A program made the translations under genes and the position numbers. A DNA stretch of 64,000 nt from Raillietiella orientalis (taxonomy: Eukaryota): assembly GCA_036172245.1 (NCBI GenBank), contig JAYWIR010000002.1, positions 4,402,001 to 4,466,000 on the forward strand, in the 5' to 3' direction. The notes under the pieces are model-generated. The model searched no databases, was not told the origin of the DNA, and saw nothing but the letters and a program-made list of their open reading frames with translations. Shown one piece after another: positions 38,499-52,056 of this stretch. Positions within the stretch are counted from its first letter, which is position 1. Every line of letters starts with the position of its first letter.

Positions 38499-41400
38499 AT
38501 GATGATTCATCGAATAAGTTGTGTGGCTCGATTGGGTTATTCCTCTATAGAGCCGAATTTTGGTGGTGCATTGTCGTTTCTCAAAAGTGGTTCCTATAAA
38601 AGTTATTGCATTTTAAAATATTCAGATCGGTAAGAAAATTTGCATGTTTTAATGCATTGAAGTTTTACGTTTGCCGACTTATTTTTGTGTCAAATCCGAA
38701 ATCGCACTTCATCCCAGTTGAAATCTTTGGTTTCATATGATTACCAGTTATTCTTGGTGTCATTTTTTTCAATTCTTTAATAACCATGAGGTTTTGTTTG
38801 GAAAGGCATAATTAAAATCTCCATGAGATTCGAATAAACATTCTGTGATTATTTTCATTTCCTTAGTTGCTACTCTTGATTAGCTCGGTACATTTTGGAG
38901 ATTAGTAGAGTAAGCCTTTAAGTATTTGTTGCGTCTGTTTAGAAAATTGTTCTTGATAAAAACATTACTTTCGACGTAGAGCGGGTGGCATTTCGAAAAG
39001 TTGAGGAGTAGTTTCTGAGTTCTCTGAAATTGAAGTTGAATAGCTAGTTTTATGTATAATAAAGTGAATTAAATTGCGATGAAATATGAATTAAAACTTT
39101 AATGATTTTTTTGTTGCATGAATCCTTAAGACATGAAATGCTCTTGGCATATCCAGAGATTGATCTGGATATAATATCCGTTTGAAGTCCATTTTGAGGG
39201 ATAAATTTCCACGATAAAATAAATTGAAATATCAGTTTCTACGATAAACATGATTTTATAAGAATATGAAAGATGTACAGGTAAAGTTTAGTGCAATTAC
39301 GTTTCACGTCCTTGTTTCTATTGCACGTAACTAATTCCATTTAGTACTTAGAAAAGGGCACATAAGAAATTAGAGGGGTGAAGGAAAATTAATATTAATT
39401 ATTTTCTTCATTCGTATCCACGAAAGGTTTCATCAAAATAATCTCAGCGAGGATTTTTAAATTTAGTAATAATGCACACAGTAAAACTTAAGCAATGGAC
39501 AGTATCATACAATAAGAATTATTGTACTAAATGTGAATAAAAAACTATATATATATATACGTATTTATAAGTGCCTATGTCTAGTTTAACATAATAGTTG
39601 CTTATTCTTTCCAACATGAATTATTTTATTTTAATGTTTCAAAACAACAAAAAAGGGAAAAGCATTTGTAACTAAGTTGAAAAGTTTTGAAACCTCATTT
39701 GTTTTGTTTCCATTGTATACTAATCTTGTGTTTATGGAAGTGGATTATTGTATATAGATCTGAGTTGCCTGTTTTTCACATAAATTGTGAAAAAGAGAAA
39801 ACTAATATTTATTTTTAAGTTGTTAAAAATTATGGGTCCAGTAAAGAGAAAAGTAGAAAGCTCATAATTCCTTTTGTAATGTGAGACTAATTCCTAAAGA
39901 TTTGTGTTTCTATCAGTTTGAGCTTTAAGTGTAAGTGGTTGGAATAAATAATAAGCCTACACAATTGAAATCAAGTTGAAACTTCAACTGAAATTTCTCA
40001 ATTTATTATAAATGTATAATTCCCTTCTAGTTAACTGGGTGAATGTTTTGAGATGTTCTATAGGTTGCTTCGATTTCAATATTTTTCATTGCATTTAGAT
40101 TTTTCAATTGAATTCTCAATATAAGTTGTTGAAATTCTATTGCCCTGATCAATTTTAGGACTATTTTTTAATTTCCTAATTACATGCCGAGAAACTTTGT
40201 TAGCCTAGTTGACTATTTGGCATGTTTTTTTTGTCTGTGATTTTTGATCATGGAAAATAATAGTTCCATTATTTCTTTGTGTTTCCTTTGTTTGAATAAT
40301 TTGAATTAGCAAGTCATTTAATGTTTATAATGGGCGTTAGTTTATCATTTGCAATTTTTATATTGAGAGAATATGTTGTCTGTATATGTGGAAATGACTT
40401 TTAATCAGGTAATCTGCCTTTGTGAGTGCAGTAAATCACAGAATGTGTGAGTGAATTTTAAAATAAAATTAAAAACATTTTAACTTTAATAAGTGGTTGG
40501 ATTACTGGGAATAAACTTTGATTTATGTCATAGATGGTCGTAGGTAATTAAGAATTAAAATAAATTAATCATTCCAAGAAGCTGTTTTATTTATATTGAT
40601 TGTATGCCTATAGGTTGACTGATTTAAGTAGTGATTTATTGAATCATATGAATTCCATGTGATATGTGCTTGTATATGCACATATTTGTATGTGAATATA
40701 TGTGTGTGTCTACATATGTGTATAAGCTCATATATGGACATTTGTATCCATTTAATGTGAGTTGCATCTTTGAAATGTGGAATTTTAATATTTTCAGGTT
40801 TTCATCATTAGATTCCAAGGCAGCTCCAGATGCATGTCAAAAATCTGATGCATCAGTTTCCTCATATTCCCATCAAATAAAGGTGTTCAAGATGGAAAAT
40901 GACTTTATCCAACTTGACCTGAGCATTCGCAAATTTGGTAGAGTAAAGAAAAAGGATGTGGAAAAGATTCTTTCTCAAATATCATCTGCTGGTATCTAGT
41001 TTTTTGTTTTCATTTTTTTATGTATAATAGGTCTATAGAATTAAATCCAGATTAATTTTTATGATACTGCAGTAAGCTTTGAGTGTTAATGAATGTTTGA
41101 AAGGGAAATGATAATGTTCTCATTCAGCTATGGGATGGACAGTGTGTGCAATCCAATCATTAAGTGTTCCAATTGAAAAGTGAAATGTAGCAAACATTTA
41201 AGTATGGGTGATTTTTCTCATTAAGAAATACAAGCAGATCTCTAAGCAACATTAGTGATTTCTTACTGTTCTGTTCTCTTACTGCAAAGGATGCTTGATA
41301 CTTCATGAGAGTATGAAGTTTCATATAAGAACTGATTTATCTTTGGAATAATCAGTTAGGATTTCTTATTAAATTCCTCTTCTTCAAAAAGTAATCAGAC

Positions 41401-44400
41401 TCTTTTGACAAATTTGCAAATTGTGCACTTATACTGTCATAGAATCCAAAAACAGAAATGGTAGAAGTTTGCAATCTTGTATTTTCTTTAATAATAGTAA
41501 TATCTTGATTGTTTTGAAGTTTTGCATTTAATTTGCTTAGTATCAGTTCAGTATTTTTGTTTTATTTACTTCTTTATATGCTGAAATTTTGTGTACGGCT
41601 CCCTTTTAACACCTTTTCATGTGAAAAGCTATCCAGATTCTCACGCACCAAAAAAAAATCTTTAATGCTAAATCATTTTTCTTGAGAAATTTTTTAGTTT
41701 TCAAATTCAATTTTTCCAATTTTAATTTGCTTTAGTGTATGAGATGAACTTTTTTGATTGAAATTGTGTAATGCATATCGTAGTTTCTTTACTAAATGTT
41801 TGGATTATAGTGTTTCGTTGTTAAAGCTTATTTGCAATTCACAAGCTGCAGAATTAAGGTTTTGTTTAATAAACATTGGTTGAATACACAATTTATGTAT
41901 ATACCTTTGATATCTTGAAATTATTTTTATTTGTTTGCTTCATGCATTGAGTGTTTTATTCCATTTTCACAGATATTCCTATTCAAAATGTTCTTAAGTA
42001 ATTTGTTTCATTAAAATGCAATTTTGTGCTTGTCCAATTTTGAGTTAGTGTAGAACGGATTTCACATCACTACATATTAGTTAATAGTCAATATTTTCAC
42101 CAAAGAAATTTTTTTTGGTGTTTTTAAATTGAAAGCTGGATTTTAAATTTTGCTTTTCTATTTGTTTGGGGTTTTTATTATTCCTTTAGATAACTTTATC
42201 GACTTCTTTACCATGAATTAATAAAATGTGTCTCAGATGCTTTGACTAGTACTCAATGCTTATTTCTAATCCGATGTGGGTTGTACCTCCCAGAGGAACA
42301 TCCAGATGCTTGCATAGAACTGATTAATGAGATTTTCCGTAAATTTGAAGAATATGGTATGTTAAAATGAGTAACAGTATTTTCAGACATGGATAGATAC
42401 TTTTAGATGTTCCTTTGGATATTAGCCATTATAATGCATTGTTAAGTGTATATTTAGAAAATGAGTTTGCATTTTCTCCTACTGAATTCCTTTCAATGCT
42501 CGAAAGCAAATCATTGCAGCCAAATAGAGTTACATATCAATACTTAATTTCAAGATATTGCTATAATGGTGATCTAGAAAATGCCACTAAAATACTGCAA
42601 TACATGAAAGAAAAAGAGCTTCCCATTAATGCGCAAGTATTTAACGCTCTAATAATAGGGCATTCCAGAGCCAAGTATGTACCATGCAATTTTTTTCCTA
42701 TTTTTATTGTACCTATAGTGAATTGGAAAATGCAGAGAACATTATTCAAATTATGAGAGATGCAAAGCTAGAACCTACAGCAGATACATATTGTCATCTT
42801 CTGTGTGCCTATGCTGAAAAAGGATTAATTCAGAAATTACTTTCATTGTTAAAGGAATGCCAAAACAATGAAGTCTTTTTGCAAAATAAACATCTTATGC
42901 AGATTGTTATACGTTTGGCTAGATCTGGATTTTCTGATCACATTGGCAGTGTAAATAATTGATTTCTTTTCATAGTTTCAAATGCAATTTCAGATTAGCG
43001 AATTTTTCCAAAGAAAGACAGGGTTTCACCAAGAATGTACTAATCATATTCTACAGCTTTTGAGCTTTAAACTTCATAATTCTGCATTTGAATTGCTTTT
43101 AATATTTCTTGGAAGCAACATCAGTGATCCTCGGCAATCAGCGGATTTTTTTTTTTCTTACTTAGCTGAAACAGATCTGGTAAGTATTCTGTGATGTAAA
43201 GCTATGTCTGCAGATATTGCTAAGGATAATTCTGCTGAAAAATCTTACAGTTTTCACATTAATAATTTACTTAATTAGCTGCTACTCAAAATAAAATGAA
43301 GTTCTGTTACCTGTAATCTGCATGTTTCATATGTCAGTGAATGCTCATAAATGCCATAGCAGAAACTTGTCAATTAGAATTTATTTACTTTGCGTCTTTT
43401 AAGCTTGGAAATGTGTTAAGGCTGTTTTCTTGAATGTGCATGTGTTTTGTCATTAGTTTTTAAGGTAGCCTTTGTTGAGACTCACCTTGGAACCTTAACT
43501 TAATAATGTATTTAAATGAGTGTTCCTGATTAGGAAATGACTTGAATCATTATTTGCCAAGCACCATGGATATCATTGAGATGAAAAATCGTAGTTCAGT
43601 TTTTATCTAAGTGAGCAAAATTAGAACTGAAGATAGCTTACACCAACCTACACCATGCTAATTACTGTTATGCTCTGTGATTGCAAAATGCCGTAAAAAT
43701 ATCGAAATATCTTAGAAAATAGCTAGAAAAATAAAGTGATTCATGTAGCTATCAATAATTATACTGACATATGATGCTTGTAAGTTCTCCTTGAGGTATC
43801 ATATCATATCTGTGTTAAACATCATAGTAATCAGGAACATTAAGGAGATAGAAATGAAAAGAAAGACGTAATTTTTTTTTAGCTTGATAGACTGACTATT
43901 ATCCTAATAATTTTGGTTACTTTGTAGTTTTCATAACTTCATGTAATTTATTGTTGTGTATTTAGTAATGAGTTTATAAATAGAATTGATGTGCATAGAA
44001 AACGGAAATTTGCATTTGCAGAATTTTCGTTTCTTGCAGTTTAGAACTTTTTAAAATTTAAACCAAATCAATGAAGACTTATAAATTGGATACACGTTCT
44101 GTCATGCAAAAGGCAGTTTTTGACTATTCAGCAAAAAATTTTTCTAAAACAAAATTATAATGTGATATGCAAATTAAAAAGATTGTTGTTGGTATTGGAA
44201 ATGGGTGAATATTTGCATCAATACTGTGGATGATTGTGTGTTCACAACTGTTTTTATAGCTGAATTATTGATCATAAAGAAGCGTTTAATGTTAACTATT
44301 TGTTTGACATATTCAGACTTCAAATATTTAATTTTGGTTAATCAGAAAGCTGACTGTTGTCGTTAAGGTTCATCATGAACTGTGTACATTTCGGTTATAA

Positions 44401-47400
44401 GCATAATAACAATATGTTATATTTGTGAATGATCATCATTCTAAAGAATTCAGCAAATAGATCAAGAACTTCGTGTTTGATATTTCAGGGCATTGATAAG
44501 ATTGTTCATTATCATAAAATTCTTAAAGAAAAAAATATTCATCACTATGGCATCCTAAAGAGTTTAGAAACTGCACTAAAACTTCAGAAAACTGATATGG
44601 TGCTTGCATTATTAAAAGCAATTCGGAATGAAGGATTGCCTATTCGTGTGCATTATTTTTGGCCACTGCTAGTGCAATGTGGGAAGCAGGGAGATCAGCA
44701 AAGTATATTCAAAAGGTTATATCAACTTTTAATGTATTTTCCAGAAATACTTTCCTTGCTGAAAATAATGCCCAAATTTTGTGGTCATCCTGTAACTTTT
44801 GACACACTCAAAGATTATGTGATTCCTGCATTGAATGGAACAGCTGGAAGCATTATCCAGGCTTTAGCTACAACAGGGTGTCCTCCCGAATTAATGTATA
44901 CCTCCCTTTTGTACAACCTGATTACAGAATCGCGGATTCGTGAAGCTCTTGAACTTGGTAATAATGCGATTTGATTGCTAACTGTTTCTCCTTTTTGCTT
45001 TCTTTCAGCATCCGATTCATCATCGCAATTCAGATTAGACTTTTTAAAGGCTATACTGTTAAGGAGATTACTAAACTCTCCAGACGCTGATGTTGTGCAG
45101 TTAATAAAGTCCATTGCGAAACATTCTGTTCATGAGCAAAGGAATGTAGAAGAAGAATTATTGCTTGCTGCTGCAAACAGTAGAGAAGTACAAAAGGAAC
45201 CAGATAAGTTGTCTTACATTTTACAGGTAACTTTGTGTGGTCACAAGGAAATATTACATATGTTTTAGCATTATGTGCAAGCGAAAATCCCAATTTCTTT
45301 AGCTGGAATTGAACTTTTAAAAGCAAATTTCACAGAGGAGGTATCCAGTAAATTTGCATCTCTTTTAGAGGTGGTGACATCACCCAATTTGTTAGGGAAC
45401 GAAGTGGAAGAAAATTCTAAATTGCTTTGTGCTGAAGTAAGTGTTCCCATTTTCAGAGATACAGCTCATCTGGACTGTTTCAGCAAATAGCATTTCAAGA
45501 AAGTGAAGAATCTTATGAAACTTTGCATCAGAAACTCTATGCTGCAGCAATAACTCATGATTTAGATGCATGTAGAAGCATTTATAAAGTAGGACATACA
45601 ATGTATTATCTAACAAATGAAGTGTTTTGCGTTTAGAAAATTAATACACTTGGCTATAGACTTGGTTACGATTTGGCGAAAATGCTAATTGATGTGTTTA
45701 TCCATGGAGACCGTTTTGATGAAGCATGGCAAATTTATTTAAAAGAAAAACTAAAGTTCGATTTCTCATTGATGCTTAATCATTGGTTGCAGCTTTTTTG
45801 TCTGTGTATTGAAAAAGGACATTTAAAATGTAAATTAAGAAGGTTTTGTTTTGTTTTCGAAGTTATAAGTTATCATTCAGGTGCTGTTCGTTTGTTGAAC
45901 GATTTAGCTGTTAAAAATGCAAATTCCAATTTAAAGGTGAATGCTGACAACTTGCTGGCATATGTTGCTAAGAAAGGGGGTATCCATCTCCTTGAGAAGA
46001 CGTTTGATAAATTTGAACAGTTAAATTTAATTAAGCCTAGTAATGCATTTCTCGCTCCTATCATTGAAGCCTATTTAGTAAAGTAATTGTATGGTAATGA
46101 GAGGTGAATTTGTGATTGTTTTCTGACTTTAGCAACCAAGTAGACACAGCAATTTCCAAGTATCAGCATCTTGTCAGAACTTATCATGTAACTCCTGGGA
46201 GAAGGATACTTATGCAACATTTGATAAAAGCAGGTGATGAAGAAAAACTCCAAAGTGTTGTTTCTTTAACCATGGAAGTGAATGGAGAATCGGATACGCT
46301 CACCGACTTGCTTTTCTATTTTATTGAATGTGGTCACATAAAAAAAGCCTGTAAGATCCTACAGATGCGTGGCTTCAGAGCTCAGAACCAAAGAATCATG
46401 GCCAAATGCAGTCATTACGTGGAAACTGGCAAGTTGAAAGAATTAGAACAGCTTGTAGTTATAACCAAAGATTTAATTGATGTTGATCGTCATATGATGT
46501 ATGAATATTTGCTGAATGCATATTGTAAGTTTATTTGAAAAGTAAATATTTCAGTGACTGAATTCTTTAGGTCAGCAAAGAAATGTTGACAAAGCATTGA
46601 ACGTTTGGGTATCTTTGCAAGAAGAAAATTTGGAACCTTCTGTTGAGATTTTACAGCGTCTTGCAGCTTTCTTGCAAAAGGAAAAACATCCTATTCCTTT
46701 TAACATACCAAGGGGAAAGTCACATCAACAATATGCTGTGCCTTCAAAGTACAAATCTCTGGGCAGTGTTAAAGATTCGAATCGTAAGAGTAGTATCGAT
46801 ATTAATGAAGAATTGAAGACACAGCAAAAGCCTTTAAACATCAGAAAAAGTTGTTATCAAGTTGAGAAACTCATAGAAAGTGGAAATGTGCATGAAGCTG
46901 TCAGTTTAACTTGTGAATTGCTTCATAAAAATACTTTTCTGGTTCCCCGTATCGTTCGATACCTGATAGATATCTTGTCATCTTCGGGTGACATTTCTTC
47001 ATTGGAACTTTTGGAAGGACTAATGGATCAAAGCATGAAAACCTTGACTTCCCTTACAGACAAACTATGTATTGCATATGACAAAGCAGGAAGAGCAAGA
47101 GACTACATGGAGTTGTTGAGAAACAAAGGTTTGGAAACATTACAAGCACCTTTTCCAAAAGTGGGGATCTTGTCACTGCTCCAGAATAATCCCGATTTGG
47201 AAGAAAACTGTAAGTGCATAAGTGTTTATCATTCCCAACCTGTTTAACTTAAGAGATAAACTTAAATGCTTAATAGGAAGCCATTAATGTATGTTTCTAA
47301 ACAAAAAATCTGATTGTATTTAAACATGCTAAAAGTATTTTGTGCATTCTGCTATCAGATAGGATGTTTGCACATGACATGACAATCAAGGAGTTTATGG

Positions 47401-47883
47401 ATCCCATTAATACTTTATGGATTCATCAGATGATTAATGAGAGATACAGTGAAGCTGAAACTACATTTGAGAATTACTTGAGTAAAGCACCCACTGTGTT
47501 CTTTGACACCATTCTGAAGAAGGCTCAACAGGCTGATAATCCAGAAATGGCTCTGAAGTGCTTACATATATTAAAGCAACACCCTTTTCCACAGAATGTG
47601 AATGATATTTACAGTTGCGTGGTGGATATTTATGGTCAGTTTTTTATAATTTTTATTAATTGTGTTACATACTTTTTGTTCAGTTGAGAGAAAAGATATC
47701 GACTCAGGTTTGCAAATTTTATCTACTGCACTAAGTCATGAAATTCGACTGGAATCCTTGAACAGAAGTTCATTAGAAAACTTCAGAAAGTTAGTAGAGT
47801 CTTCAGGCCAAGCATTTCCATACAACTTGAATGAAAGATCATATGTTACAGGCCTTGCTAAAGCCTCTTTGATAACAATGTGA
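38499..47883 (+). CDS. LRPPRC: Leucine-rich PPR motif-containing protein, mitochondrial (LRPPRC / bicoid stability factor); ~17 exons
   Basis: Exon 38499-38629 encodes an Arg/Ser-rich mitochondrial-presequence-like N-terminus that joins in phase to 40798. Characteristic segments: [89 protein letters not shown], and PPR-like helices throughout. Confidence 0.93.
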
Positions 47884-48644
47884 CAGAATCAGATGTTCCT
47901 TGCTGATGTTTGTATCCATCATATTTAGTTTCCCTACATAGCTTCCTTTCATCACCTGTTTTCTATGTATTATCTAACAAATGAATATATTTCATATATC
48001 TTCTAAAAAACTTCGCTTGTGCTAGAACTGTGGTTTCCAGTTCAGTAAGCCACCAAAGATTCAGTTTTCGTTCAGTAGCCACTGGCTCCACAAATGATGT
48101 GCAGAATGCTTGAAGTCCATAATCCTAGATGTTACATAATTGTTTGTGTGGGAACTTTTGAAACCTACACTTCCATACTTATAAATACATGTTTTCATAT
48201 CACACATTATGAATTTATAGGACAATGCCTAAACAAAGCAATTAAATGCTTGTTTAGGCATTTAACTGTATGATATTCAAGATCATGTTATTAAAATTTT
48301 TCAAATCCTTGCCTATTCCAAGGTACAAAGTACTCATAAATCTTGTCTGTCTTGATATTTTTCTCTACTTCAATGTATACATAAGGGTTTTCACAAATTG
48401 GCACACAGTTATCGCAAGGAATTATGACATGCTGTTATGATGCTTTAATAATTGCAAAGCTTTCGGTACACGTCAATGGTTCTTCATGAACCACATAAAA
48501 GATGTTTTAATTTTATGGTACTGATATACCAAACAACAGTTATAATGTAATGAAGTTTAGTAATGTTTGGTATTTGGTAATTAGGCAGCAAACTACAATA
48601 CAGCTGTGAGACCTCAAATTCATCCATTGAAATAAAATGATTGG

Positions 48645-51600
48645 TTATTTGACTCTGTCTATTCTTGAAAAATACAATGGTCCATAATTATTGGGTAAAA
48701 AAGGTAGTACCAAACTGCCATACTTGACATCATTGGAAGCAAACTGAAATATTGATTGCAATGGCTGCAAAGCAAGACTTAGGTCTCTAAAATTTACTTT
48801 ATAAGAAAACACGATCTTTTCTTAATTCTTTACCTGACAACAAATTCTGCTTTACTTTCTTTATGCATGATTTCCAATGCACGATACACAACTCCATCAT
48901 TCTGAATTGGGGATAAGGAGCATGTAGAATAAACTACGCTTCCTCCAGAACATACAGCTTGCAATGCAGCACTAAGATGGATAACAAAACATGCTAAAAA
49001 AACTCATAAAATACCAAAGAAGCTTAGTTTGTTGCTCTGGAATTCGTATTCTTTCCTTGATACGGTGGATGCGAAACATATTACTCTCATCTTTGCAAGC
49101 ACTTAGACGATCACTGGTACAGGGGACATCCACAAGGATCTACAATATCTTTTTAAGTCACTTGGAACCTTACTTTTTCATAACTTTGTTCCTCAGGCCA
49201 CAGTGTGCCATCTGAACATGTGAAACAAACATCTGGACAACCAGAATGTGCTGAACAGTACTTTTTCCACATTTTTTTCATATAGTTCAATCGGGATTGG
49301 GAAACATCATTAAGAACCATTAAACCTGCAAAGTTTTAGCCAGCAGATTTCCACACTTACTTGGTAATAGTGTTTGCATAATTATTAGGGCTTTCCCTCC
49401 AGGAGCAGCACACAAGTCCAAGATTCTATCTTGATATTCTATGTTAAGAGCCAGAACTGGGAGTATGCTAGCTCCATTCATCAAATAATAATCTAATACA
49501 CATGAAACATTGATTTCTTTAAGTTGAATTCTCTGATGCAGTCTCAATCTACTCTGCTTTTTTCAAGAACATTTTTTAAAAAGCAATGTTCAAATACTTT
49601 GGTTATGAAAGATTTCATATTGTTCACAAGCCTTCTACATTTCTATTTGAAAGAACATTTATGAACAATAATCATTTGGAAGCATTCTTAAACATTGCTA
49701 TGATCTTAGACTAACTTATCCACTTAAAAACTGAGCAATTCTTTGGACAATACTGCCAAGTTTCTTCATCCAGTTACAAGCAATGGTACTGTTTTAAAAA
49801 CTCCTTGCTACAGCTTAGCTCTTATGCATTATTTTCATATGTATTGCAATCATTAAATTCACTGTTTCACCGTTTGCTCTATCAACTAAACTACAACTGG
49901 TGTTTCATAAAAAATCCTAGATGTGAAAATGAAAAGACTACAGTACCTATCATTTATTATCAACTGTTTTCATTAAGAGAATAATGACAATGTAGAGCTC
50001 AAGACAAACAAAACTATGTGTATGGAATTAACTCTTGATAAATAAATTTTACTGATTCCATGCATTCTCATTTCTTTGTAGGTAGTATAATTTTCCCTTA
50101 TCTTAGCGCTAATCCCAAATTCATTATGTATACCTTTGAAATCATTATGTATACCTTTGAAATCACTGGCATTAATGCAAAGTTATCCAAGTAATTCTAT
50201 TAGATACAGACAATGGCAACAGGATACTTCAAAATTTCATACATGTGCATTTTGAATAAGCATATATTAGCTCAATAAGCATTTATTAGCTCAACTTAAA
50301 AGCAAAATAATGACGGTCTTGAAAGAACAAATCAATTATCAACAAATATCAACTATATGTTCATAAAATACAATACTGAAGGTCTTGAAACTTTCAAGTG
50401 GCTAATAGTACAGCAACAGATATAACTGATGTTGAATGCAAAAAAGTCTGACAGTGTATAAAGCTGATCTTTTTAAATTTTGCAAATGCTCTTAGACGTA
50501 TCAGAAAAATTTGTAACTTATATTACAATAATAACAGACCACTTTCAGTATGTCTTGAAGCTCTGGGTGATTCAAAGACAAAAGAATCTACTTTGCAATC
50601 ATGATGTAATAAACCTACTGGACAAAAATATTGAAAAAATTCCTTTATCATACTCACTATTTAGTTGTGGGTCAGTCTTACTGGAACACGGATAAGGAAA
50701 CGAGCTGATATCACCTCTCATAAAACAATATAATTGCACGTTTTTAGGAAAATCAAACTTTTCCAAAGATGTACATTTGATGGCAAAATCTTCATTCTCC
50801 TTACTATATTTAAAATAATCTGATTCATGAACCCAATCTTCACATCCTTGCAGATCAGCAGAAGGCATATAATCTGCTAATGCTGCATGATGTTCTATGC
50901 TGTCACTATCGATAAATCTATTAGAACTACTAGATAGATACTGTATTCTAAATTTATCAATTTCGGAGTTATCAACTGGTGGAATATCAGGTAGGTGATA
51001 CTGAAAATCTTCAGGCACACTGTCTTCGCTTAATTTGGGCAATTTTGCTTCTCCAGGATGGGGCAAGCTATCTTTAGACTGCTTCTGTTGTTCATTGTAA
51101 TAAAATGCCCTTAAGTCAAAGCATCCAAGGGACTAATGAAATTAATACAAGTAAATGAAATAAACTTTACCTCCAATTTTTGGCAAGCATCTTCTACACA
51201 AAATCTGTTAACAACAGCTATATATTTGCTTTTACAAAGGAGCGCTAATCTTATTGAGGGCCAAATGGAGCCATAAAATGAAGCATAATATTTGTCAAAA
51301 TACTCCAAGGCATAATCACAACCTCTCTTTTTCTGGATAAAAAAAAGTAAACAAAGAGTAAACATATGTTTCCACATCATGGAATTTCCAAATGCATCAG
51401 ACAAAATAAATAATTATTGTCATCCAAAAACAAACAGATAAGTTTCAACTACAATAGAAAACAAACTATACTACTTGAGCTATCTTAATGCTTACTTCAA
51501 ATCCCCAATTTAGCAAAAAAGGCAATCAGGATTTTCTTCCCAACTTTTGCAAAGAATGCCCATGAAAATCTGAATTTTACGAATTACCTATATGACTAAC

Positions 51601-52056
51601 CAATATCAAATAATCAGAGTGAAGAATGAAATTATAGAATCAGCATTACAAAATTAGTTTATCATACATTAATACATGCGAAACGACAAATTTTTACAGT
51701 TATTTAATCCTTTAAAATGCAATCAGTCAAAATGATTTCATTCAAATTATTGCGACACCTATGATCGTCATCAATGCTGTTCATGGTATGCACTGAGCAC
51801 TGTCATTCAATTTAACAGGTATTTACCAACAGCTGAACTGATGTAAACGAAATGGAACTGCAATCTTGAGGCAATTATGTACTTTTATGAATATAAACGA
51901 GAAATTCCTTATTCTTATATTTACTTCAAATAGGATCGCACAAAATTTTTCTGGATTAGCTCTTACCTTGGAAACTTTATTGGCAACATTTGCAAACTTG
52001 CGGGAGAAAAGACACGCACACAATCTCCTGGAAGCTCCAAGGGCATAAGTCCTCAT
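48645..52056 (-). CDS. NSUN4: NSUN4 mitochondrial rRNA m5C methyltransferase; 8 exons
   Basis: Mitochondrial-presequence-like MRTYALGASRRL...; ALEYFDKYY...WPSIRLALL..KY; YYLMNGASILPVLAL; motif I DLCAAPGGK; motif IV ILVDVPCTSDR; motif VI VVYSTCSLSPIQNDGVV; C-terminal LVLPFLPNNYGPLYF. Confidence 0.94.

Noticed and set aside
50121-50162. 21-bp tandem duplication in an NSUN4 intron (also a 12-bp one at ~63856-63879)
   Set aside because: Ordinary local slippage duplications with two copies only
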